A stretch of 64,000 nt of DNA from Octopus sinensis (taxonomy: Eukaryota), in contig NC_043002.1 of NCBI RefSeq assembly GCF_006345805.1, positions 84,568,001 through 84,632,000 of the forward strand, written 5' to 3'. Position numbers and translations under genes: made by a program. Shown in pieces: positions 50,901-61,559 of this stretch (position 1 is the first letter of the stretch; every line of letters begins with the position of its first letter). The notes under the pieces are model-generated. The model was not told the origin of the DNA and did not search any database. It saw only the letters and a list, made by a program, of their open reading frames with translations.

Positions 50901-53455
50901 GGACATTGGCTGAGAGTGGCGGAGATAGGTGGAGATTGGCGGAGTTTGCCGGAGTTTGCCGAGGATTGCCGGAGGTAGCCGGATATAGCCGGAGATAGCC
51001 GGAGATAGCAGGAGATTACTGGAGATTGGCGGAATAGCATTTTGGGAGATTTCACAATAATGCTGGGTGTTAAAACACCTGGGAGAGAGTGAGATAGATT
51101 GAGATACGCGTAGATAGAGTGAGATACGCGGAGATAGGCGAAGATAGAGTGAGAATGGCGGAGATATGCGGAGATTGGCGGAGAATGGCGGAGATAGGCG
51201 TAGATAGGCGGAGATTCTCGGAGATTCCCGGAGATAGGCGGAATAGCATTTTGGGAGATTTCCCAATAATGCCGGGTGTTACAACACCTGCGAGAGATGG
51301 AGAAAGTGAGATTGGCGTAGATGGGTGGACATTGGCGGAGATTGGCGGAGATATGCGGATATAGGCGGAGATTGGCGGAGATACGCGGAATAGTATTTTA
51401 GGAGATTTCCCAATAATGCTGGGAGATAGAGTGAGATAGGCGGAGATAGATTGAGATAGGCGGAGATAATTAAAAAATAACAAAAATAAAAAATTAAAAT
51501 GTTTATTTTATTTGGGAGATAAATAAAATAAAATAAGAAAAAATAAAATAGAATAAAATAAAATGAAAAAAAATAGAAAATAAAATAATATAAAATAAAA
51601 AAATAAAAAATTTAAACAAAAAAATAAATATTTGTTTTCATTTATTAAAATTTTATTTTATTTTTTATTTTATTTTATTTTATTTTGAAGTTTTTTATTC
51701 AATTTTTTAAAATTTTATATTATTTTAATTTTATATCATTTTAATTTATTTTATTTAAAAAAAATAAATAAATAATAAAGTAAATTTTTTGTATTTAAAA
51801 TTTTTTAATTTTTTTAATTGTTTTTTCATTTGTTTATTTTTTTTATTAAAATTTTATTTTTATGTTATTTTATTTTATTTTATTTTGATGGAGTGAGATA
51901 GGCGGAAATAGCTGGAGATAGCCGGAGATTGCCGGAGATTGGCCGAATAGAATTTTGGGAGATTTCCCAATAATGCTGGTGTTAAAACTCCTGGAGAGAG
52001 TGAGATAGAGTGAGATAGAATGAGATAGATGGAGATAAAGTGAGATAGGTGGAGATAGAGTGAGATAGGCGGAGATAGAGTGAGATTGGCGGAGATAGAG
52101 TGAGATTGGCGGAGATAGGCGGAGATTGGCTGACATTGGCGGAGATAGGCGGAGTAGCATTTTGGGAAAGAGGGAGAGAGTGAGATTGGTGGAGAAACGC
52201 GGAGATAGGTGGAATAGCATTTTGGAAGATTTTCCAATAATGCTGGGGGTTAAAACACATGGGAGAGAGGGAGATAGAGTGAGATAGAGTAAGATAGGCG
52301 GAGATAGAGTGAGATAGGCGAAGATAGGCGGAGGTAGAGTGAGATAGGCGAAGGTTGAGTAAGATAGGCGGAGATAACAAAAAATTTTTTTAAATATAAA
52401 TAATATATAGAATTAAATGAAATAAAATAAAATAAAAAATAAAATAAAATGAAACAAAATAAAAAATAATGATAAAATAACAAACAAATAAAAATAAAAA
52501 GAAAAGCAAAATTAAGAAAAGAAGAAAATACCTAAATAAATAAAATAAAATAAAATTTAAATAAAAAAATAAAAATTATGATATAAAATGAAATCTCATA
52601 AAAAAAGTAAATGAAATAAAATAAAATAAAAGAAAATAAAATACAATACGAAAAAATAAGAAAAATAAATATATAAAGAATAAAATAAAAAAATAAAAAA
52701 TGAAATAACATAAAATAAAATAATATAACTAAATAATAATAATAATAATAAAAATATTTAAATAAATAAGAATAAATATTAAATAAAAAAATAAAATAAA
52801 ATAAAATGAAATAAAATAAAAGAAAGTAATAAAATAGAAATTCAAAAAATATAAAAAAGTTTAAAAATAAATAAATTAAAAATAAATTAAAAAAAGAAAA
52901 TTAAATAAAATAAATTAAAAATATTTTTTTTAAATAAAATAAAAAATAAAATATAAAAGAATTAAATAAATAAAATAAAAAATATAAAAAAATTTTTAAA
53001 TCAATAGATTAAAATAAAATAATATCAAAATAAAATATAAAATGAAATACAATAAAATAAAATAAAAGAAAAATAGTATAAAAAACAATAAATATTCTAT
53101 TTTATTTTTTATTCTATTTTATTGGCGGAGATTGGCGGAGATGGAGTGAGATTGGAGGAGAGTGGCGGAGATTGGTGGAGATAGGCGGAATAGCATTTTG
53201 GGAGATTTCCCAATAATCCTGGGTGTTAAAACACCTTGGAGTGAGTGAGATAGGCGGAGATACCCGGAGATTGCCGGAGACTGCCAGAAATTACCGGGGA
53301 TTGCCGGAGGTAGCCGGAGATTGGCGGAATATCATTTTAGGAGATTTCTAATTAATGCTAGGTGTTAAAACACCTGAGAGAGAGTGAAATACAGTGAGAT
53401 AGAGTGACATAGGTGGAGATAGAGTGAGATAGGTGGAGATAGTGTGATATAGGCG
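47978..53455 (+). repeat. Hierarchical compound satellite: 10-mers (GGCGGAGATW, GCCGGAGATT, GAGTGAGATA), about 55-bp hairpin core, alternating (AAAAT)n/(TTTTA)n blocks
   Basis: Five GC-rich blocks (about 48295-48545, 49136-50480, 50781-51470, 51889-52376, 53123-53455) separated by AT-only blocks; about 14 copies of the core. Confidence 0.95.
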
Positions 53456-53579
53456 CAGTTCATTTCTGCAATTCAATTACACTAAAAATGCATCTCGGCA
53501 ATGACCTCCTCATCAAGATGAAGAGGAAACTCAAACAAATAATAAAAAAACCCCAAAAAAACAAACAAAAAGGCCCCCA

Positions 53580-53838
53580 AAATATATACATATATGTATA
53601 TATAGTTATTTATATACGTTAATATATTATAAAAACAATATATATATATATATTATATAATATATATATATATCATATACATATAATATATACATAATAT
53701 ATATGTATATATATATGATATGTGTATATAATTTGTAATATATATATGTACACACATATATCATATATATATATATTTATATGTATATATATAATATGAT
53801 GTATATATACATGATATATATATGTACACACACACCAC

Positions 53839-53870
<32 letters not shown>

Positions 53871-53982
53871 GTATATATATATATACATATATATGTATAT
53901 ATATATACATATATATGTATATATATATATACATATATATGCATATATATACATGATATATATATGTACACACACACACACA

Positions 53983-54013
<31 letters not shown>

Positions 54014-54504
54014 ATATATGTATATATATATATACAATATATGTATATATATATACATATATATGTTATATATATAATTATATATTACATATATTGCATA
54101 TATATACATATCCATATATATCATAGGCATATATATATATGTATATATATATACATAAATGTGCACGGTGCCCCAGCATGGCCGCGGCCTTCGGGCTAAA
54201 ACATTTTAAAAGATTTATATACATGCATATGTATACATATACATACATACACACACACACACACGCACACACATATATATATGTATACATATTTATATGT
54301 ATACATATACATATATATGTATATATATATACATATATATATACATTCATACACACATACATATATATGTACATATATATGCACTATGTATATATATATA
54401 TACATATATATATACATTCATACACACACACATATATATATATATATCACATATATATGCACTATGTATATATATGTATATCTACTATGTATATATATGT
54501 GGTG

Positions 54505-54542
<38 letters not shown>

Positions 54543-54572
54543 ATTAATATATATATATATATATATTATTAT
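53580..54572. repeat. Degenerate (TA)n/(CATA)n microsatellite
   Basis: Direct inspection. Confidence 0.97.
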
Positions 54573-55061
54573 ATGTTGTTATATTTCGGAATGGTCATTT
54601 GCCAGTTTAGCCAATAAAAACACGCACTATATATTTTTGGTGTTATTTTTGCTTCAGTGATTTTATTTTTTACATTAATCTTAATCTTATTTTCGGCCAA
54701 AGTTCTTCGTCACACTCCTGTGACCGCATCAGTGGTCCTTTGTTTTCTTCTCACTTACTTGTGTCTCTCCTTACTAACCGTCAGCCATTTTGTATTTCTA
54801 TTGTATGTCTTCATTTGCGCATGCTATATCTCTATGTGCGTCTATGTTTATTTAGTGTGTGTGTGAGGGGGATGCCTGTAATATTTGTATCTTCTGGTTA
54901 TATACATTCTTGTAATTTGTATTTTGTTTTTTGTTGTTGTTGCTTTTGTTCTAATTTTGTTCATGTGTTTACATCCACCCATTATTATCATTACATATGC
55001 TTGTATGTATGTATAACAACATATTATATAATATTAGTAATAATAATAATAAATCTAATTG

Positions 55062-55128
<67 letters not shown>

Positions 55129-55652
55129 CACATATACATACATACACATATATTATATATAGATATATATATATACACATATATATACATATACATATAT
55201 AATATACACATATACACACCCATATACACACATACATACACATATACATATATATAGTTATTCATTTCTATTTCTTTAATTATCTGTGTATTTATTATGT
55301 TTGCAGGATCCACTATCGTCATATGTTTGTGTGGTGCGCTATTGCTCCATTCTAGTTTTCTATTCAGGCTAGGTTTATTTTCTATTATATGTGTAGCTTC
55401 TGTAATTTGTCTAATTGTTGCATCTGTTCTATGTGTGGACAATATCTTAATCTCTATGTTATTGATTGATCCCCCGTGTTCTTGTTCAGCGTGTTGGTAC
55501 AGAATCGATGAGCTTTTACCTTCGTTGAGTTGTCTCCAATGTTCATTCACCCGCTCACCAATGCTTCTTGCTGTTTCCCCTACGTATGTTACTGTCTTGT
55601 TATTGTTTATTGGCTAAACTGGCAATATGACCATTACGAAATATAACAATAT
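54573..55652 (-). mobile_element. 5'-truncated Penelope-like element: GIY-YIG endonuclease end plus 3' pLTR
   Basis: TYVGETARSIGERVNEHW...QITEATHIIENKPSLNRKLEW at about 55345-55600; about 48-bp inverted termini. Confidence 0.85.
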
Positions 55653-56167
55653 CTGTTTCAACACACGACTTCACATAAAAAATCTTGCACAACAAATATT
55701 TAAACGTATATATATATGTATGTATATATATATATATGTATATATATATATGTATATATGTATGTATCTATATGTATATGTGTGTGTATACATATATATA
55801 AGGGGACAAACAAGGACAGACAAAGGCTTTAAGTCGATTACATCGACCCTAGTGCGTAACTAGTACTTAATTTATCGACTCCGAAATGATGAAAGGCAAA
55901 GTTGACCTCGGCGGAATTTGAACTCAGAACGTAACGGCAGAAAAAAACACCCCTAAGCATTTCGCCCGGCGTGCTAACATTTCTGCCAGTTCGCTGCCTT
56001 CTTTCCGTTTCCGTCTACCAAATCACCCTCACTAGGCTTTGATCTGTTTGGGGCTAACAGTAGAAGACATTCGCCCAATTTGTCTTGCAGCGTGACTGAA
56101 CCGAATACCATATAGTGGAGAAGTAAACATTTTACAACACACTATATATATCATTGTGAACACTAGC

Positions 56168-56604
56168 GAATCTTTTCGGTTTGAACGGCAGTTTTTAACA
56201 TAATTTCTAGGTAACTAAAAAATTTTAAACTTCGTATACTGGTAGAATGTGTTTATAAAACATCTTCTCTTGGCTTTATTGAGAAAATTCTATAGTTTGT
56301 AAGATATTTGTTGTTTGTTTTCTTCAATTTCTGCAATTTCAACCAATCACTGACGTCTATTGAGGTAAACAACATTCTGTGCCGTATGAATATGTCCCTC
56401 GTTTAAGAAACAGATTGGGTTTATTTACATTTGTGAAGAAAAAAAAGATACCCTCCCCCCACTCCTAACCCTTACCGTAACCGTAACCGTAACCCTAACC
56501 CTAAAATAGATTGAAATGCAATAGATCGATACTAGGGTCATAATTATGGGTGACAATTTCATATGACACCGCTAGAAAAACTGCCGTTCAAACCGAAAAG
56601 ATCC
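56168..56604 (-). mobile_element. MITE family 1, copy 3 (reverse orientation, expanded telomere-like repeats)
   Basis: Same TIRs; TSD acactagc/aaactagc; internal (TAACCG/TAACCC)n. Confidence 0.88.
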
Positions 56605-57049
56605 AAACTAGCTACTGTTCGATTAAAATAATCTGCTTTATTTTTGTTCTTTGTATTTTGCAAAACAGAGGTAAGGGACGTATAAATAATGCCATTCATT
56701 AAAATGGGTCGCTAAACTACGAAATAGTTGAAGGTGAAGAAAGCACTGATGAATCAGGAAGGTCAATGAGTTCTTATAGCAGCTTCTGTTCCTAATTAGA
56801 TTAAGAGAAATCTATCACTAAAAAATCTCTTTCTCATCTCGTCCGTAACTTCTTTCAAAATGCAACAAGTAACATTAAATGGACAGGGCAACCTGTTTTG
56901 ATGCAGCGTTTATATAGTCTCTCATGTATGGATACTGTCTAACAAGATTCATTGTGTTAAGAAGGATGAGATACATGAACTATTTGCAAGGGAGGCTACT
57001 CTAAGTTGACTTCTGATATTGTGTTGTTCCTACCTGTCTGCCTATCCGT

Positions 57050-57100
57050 CCGCCCCTCTCTGTCTCTCTGTCTCTGTCTCTCTCTGCTTCTGTCTGTCTG

Positions 57101-57143
<43 letters not shown>

Positions 57144-57397
57144 GTCTCTCTGTCTCTCTCTCTGTCTCTCTCTCTCTCTCTCCCCCTCTCTCTCTCTGCT
57201 TTTTTAAAAACATCACTCCTCTGCTTTATCATGATAAAAATTAATCTAAGTAACTATCAATATATGCAGCCTTAATACAGATTTCTAACCGGCAAAAAGC
57301 CACAATATTATTTCAGTAGGGAGCCGGTTATAGCTCATAATGCCCAAGCACAGTAGTTGCCTGGTATTTTTATTTTATCGAATCAAGAAAGATGAAA

Positions 57398-57470
<73 letters not shown>
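57050..57470. repeat. (CT)n/(CTGT)n and (AG)n microsatellites
   Basis: 57050-57200 CT/CTGT; 57400-57470 AG. Confidence 0.95.
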
Positions 57471-57476
<6 letters not shown>

Positions 57477-58179
57477 TGTCTCACCAGCAGCCAGCAAGAG
57501 CGCCAGACGTTTTCAGTGGCGCATACTCGTAGCCAGCTACATTCTCGGGCGAGAGTTCATCGTCTGAGAAAAAGGTGAAAAAGCTGAAATGCATTTCGCG
57601 CTGTTGCTGTTGAGCGAAGCGGTCTTCGTCCCGTCTGTGGTGAGAGAAGTCCGAAATGTGGTCCTTTGCTATTCGTAAGACCCGCAGAAGAGAAAGCAGG
57701 TCAACCCCCGACACCAAGAGCATCGACGGATGAATGAATGTGCATCCAGGCTCAGCGGTTGCGTAGGAAGTCGGGAACAAGAAACAGGAAGAAAGAGTGA
57801 GAGAAGGTTGGAGCGAAAGAGTACAACAGGGTCGCCACCACCCCCTGCCGGAGCCTCGTGAAGCTTTAGTGTTTTCGCTCAATAAACATACACAACGCCC
57901 GGTCTGGGAATCGAAACTGCGATCCTCCGACCGCGATTCCGCTGCCCGAACCATTGGGCCATTGCCCCTCCTGCAGTTGCTGGCCGATGTAGGAACGAAT
58001 TTTGCTCGTCTCTTTGATTTTCATCCTGCTTTGAACGCTGGAAATCGCTAAGAGATGTTATCTAAGGTCTAATACTGCCGAAACTGGTTTATCGACAATG
58101 TATAATTTAATTACGACACATAGATGGTTATTTTAATTAAATACTGCCTCAACTGAGTATGCCATACATATATCGTTGT

Positions 58180-58498
58180 AGCATTCCGTCGGTTACGACG
58201 ACGAGGGTTCCAGTTGATCTGATTAACGGAACAACCTGCTCCTGAAATTAACGTGCATGTGGCTGAGCACTCCACATACACGTGTATCTTTAACGTAGTT
58301 CCCGGGGAGATTCAGCGTGACATAGAAACAGGAAGGAAGAGTGAGAGAAAGTGTACAGCAGGGTTCGCTACCCCACCCCTGCCGGAGCATCGTGGAGCTT
58401 TAGGTGTTTTTGCTCAATAAACACTTACAACAGCCGGTCTGGGAATCGAAACCGCGATCCTGCGACCGCGAGTCCGCTGGCCTAACCACTGGGCCTCC
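58180..58498 (-). mobile_element. tRNA-derived SINE family E
   Basis: Head ggaggcccagtggttaggccagcggactcgcggtcgcaggatcgcggtttcgattcccagacc; other copies at 57780-57970, 12568-12705, 12978-13295. Confidence 0.85.
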
Positions 58499-59033
58499 AC
58501 TATATATATGAAGTTAAAAAGAAAGCCCGGTCGCATTTCAAGATGGGAAAGAAGCAAATACTTCTTTGGTTTAATTATTACACATAATCAAGGTAATATT
58601 TTCCATAATTTAAGACGGTGAGCAAGCAGAATCATTAACATGCTGGGCAAGATGCTCAGCGGCATTTCATCCGTCTCTACGTTCTGAATTCAAATTCCAC
58701 CGAGGTCGACTTTGTCTTTCATCCTTTCAGGTTCGATAAAATAAGTACCAGTTGAGGACTGTGGTCGATTTAATCGAATTGACCCTTCCCGCAAAACTGC
58801 TTCCCTTGTGCGAGAATTTGAAACCAATATTTTCTCTCATTATTGATAACATAATGCCATTTAATTGCCGATCTCTTGGGCGTAAAATTCTTCAGGTTTG
58901 GAAGTAAAGAAACACTTAGTATCATTTATCTCTTCTAAATTGATAAACTCTTTTCCCTCTAAATAAAGTTTGCTTTAGATTTTAAGAAACTCAGTATCGA
59001 CAGAACTTGGTTGTCCAAATCGAGTGAAATCTA

Positions 59034-59790
59034 CGAGAGAAAGATTTTCTGATTGAGACTGAATTGTTGTTGGTATGTCCGGACACTTAAAGCTTCATTT
59101 CTATAGACAAAACTCTAATGTCATTCAAAGTTGGATTTCCAACTTCAATGCTCTTTTTGTTGCGCTCCAACCTCTTCGTGCAGGCCTCATAGAAGTGGTC
59201 CAAATTGAAAATGTCCAAGGCCGTTGTCGCAGCCTACTTTATCTCCTTCAGCTTAGGGAACAACCAAAATTCAAAGGGAGCAAGGTCTGGACTGTAGGGA
59301 GGATAAAGGACAATTTTGATGCTCATCTCTGTCAAGTGGTTGATTACCAGGATGGACTGTTGCGTTACCCTGTTGCAAGTTCTCTGGCTTTTTGCGAGTA
59401 AATCTCTTCCTGAGGTCCCACAAAACCTCCATAAATAACATTTATTGACCATGAGCCAGAGGGAACCCCCAGTGGATGTAGATGATGCCCATGCTGTCAA
59501 AAAAAGGGGATTATTACGATCTTCTTGATGGACTTGATTTGCCTGGTCTCTTGTACCAGCAAAAAACAGATGCTCGTCTCATATAAGTTAATCTACAAGC
59601 CGTCTAGAGCATTTGATAAGTTGGTGTAGCGTTTCTATCCAGTTTAACACAAAACGTTATTGCATAACGGGCTTCAAATTGTCTTCACGTCCTGACTGCA
59701 TTCAGCAGGCTAGTTACCTGTGACAGACGGTGTCTAGTAGAGTGTGCTCAAAGTACTACTACAGCAGCCTTCCTCCAATCTGGAATAAGA
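59034..59790 (-). mobile_element. Degenerate mariner transposase fragment
   Basis: ORF 59234-59500 contains YPPYSPDLAPFEFWLFPKLKE (mariner YSPDLAP motif); only one TIR-like end seen. Confidence 0.8.
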
Positions 59791-60299
59791 AAACTTGGCA
59801 AATCAGCTTAGTAGATGTATGATAATGATATGCTAAAATTACAGTAATGTACGACAGTTATAACCACTCCCCCCAAAAGATTTCAAAACTTCTGGAGTGC
59901 AACACGTGTGTGTATGTGTGTGTACATATATATGCAGAGAGAAAGAGAGAGAGAGAAGAGAGAGAGAGAGAGGAAGAGAGAGCTCCAAGACATACATATA
60001 CATGCATATATAGATATTTATTTCTTTATTGCCCACAAGGGGCTAAACATAGAGGGGACGACTTTGCCTCTCATCCTTTCGGGGTCGATTAAATAAGTAC
60101 CAGTTGCGCACTGTGGTCGATGTAATCGACTTAATCCGTTTGTCTGTCCTTGTTTGTCCTCTCTGTGTTTAGCATCTTGTGGGTAGTAAAGAAATAGGTA
60201 TGATGGGGTGTCAGACATCCAGGATATGTGATAACCAACCTGCCAATGGTTTTTGTCCTCTCCAATGGCATTGTGTAGCGTCTTGAGTGGAAAAAATTG

Positions 60300-60785
60300 C
60301 CAAATACTTGATGTCGAATGATACGCTACTCGATGCATTTTTCTGGCATTTGTCTTTTCTTGTATTAGTCATACTAGCTGTCCTACTTCTTCGTCTAAAA
60401 GACACTACTCTGTGATTCTGGGGTAACTACAAGACAGATATCTTCCTCCAGTCTACAAAGCAAAAATCTTGCATTGCAAATACCATGCCAACAGCTTCCA
60501 AAAGAGTGATACCATGATAGTCGCCACGCAAATTTTTCACCTTTGCCTTCGTCTAGCGATAACAGAATTCCATTAGTCCAATATTGTGGAATCGGGGTCC
60601 CGTTCCAACTATTAATAGTGAAGTTGTTTATTTTGTTTATTGCTTCCTTTAAATTATCGCTTCCGACTTTCAGCAGTTTGATTGGGAGGCTATCTTGACC
60701 TGATGCTTTGCCAGAATCAACCTGTTTGAAATAGACGAAATGACTGAGCCAAAACCTTGAAATCACAGTACTGTATTTCAAGTGA
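60300..60785 (-). mobile_element. RTE-clade LINE RT N-terminal relic
   Basis: KASGQDSLPIKLLK...IPQYWTNGILLSL..GKG...RLEEDI...PESQ. Confidence 0.7.
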
Positions 60786-61219
60786 TATATAAAAAAAAGC
60801 CATACCTAAACACGGACTGGTGTCGCTAGTTAGATTGTTAATAATATATATATTAATACTGCAGCTATCGCTAATATATATCTTTTAACAAGCTAACTGG
60901 CTAATCGTGATATCAGTGCCTGTTCAGGAACGGATTTTCAGCATATCGCTAGCGAGAAGATGAGTCGCTGTTATATCTAGCGGCCGAACGTCCGTCACCG
61001 ATGAAACTAAGATAGGTCGAAATCACGTGAACTGGTGGTCATAGCGCTCACGATATAAACAAAAAAGTGTATATTCTGCACCGAGGGCTTATATGAGAGT
61101 TTCTCTCTTGGTGTCTTCTGCAGTAAGGTTTCTTCTATCAGAGCATCCACGTTTAAATGAGAATAAGTATTACCTCTCCGTATTGATACTGCCTTTGTCT
61201 CTTTTACATGCATGCATGC

Positions 61220-61322
61220 TTGCATCCATCCATCCATCCATCCATCCATCCATCCATCCATCCATCCATCCATACATACATACATACATACATACATACA
61301 TACATACATACATACATACATG
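61220..61322. repeat. (CATC)n(CATA)n compound microsatellite
   Basis: Direct inspection. Confidence 0.95.
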
Positions 61323-61559
61323 TATTTGAATTTGCATACAAACAAACACAGACAGTGAGCAGGAAAATACCATTTTCTGTAATTTGTTTTTATTTTATAT
61401 TTTGCCATGCGACCATATTGTCCACCGTTAGTGGATGTATAGATATATGTCTGGCGTTTATCGACTTAAAGCGGATTCTGTTCCGTTGTAACTATTGATA
61501 TATATATATATATATATAAAGGAAATGAAGAAAATGCTGACAAAATAATTTAAGTAAGG

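Noticed and set aside
49328-52483. S/P/L/I/R-rich ORFs of 100-160 aa
   Set aside because: Stop-poor translations of the 10-mer satellite; no domain features.
47978-53455. CRISPR-like array (palindromic repeat plus variable spacers)
   Set aside because: The spacers are runs of the same 10-mers rather than unique sequence, their lengths vary widely, there are no cas genes, and the context is eukaryotic.
57481-57954. 157-aa ORF as a single gene
   Set aside because: The N-terminal half is a SINE-E head read through; only 57485-57668 is kept as a possible exon.
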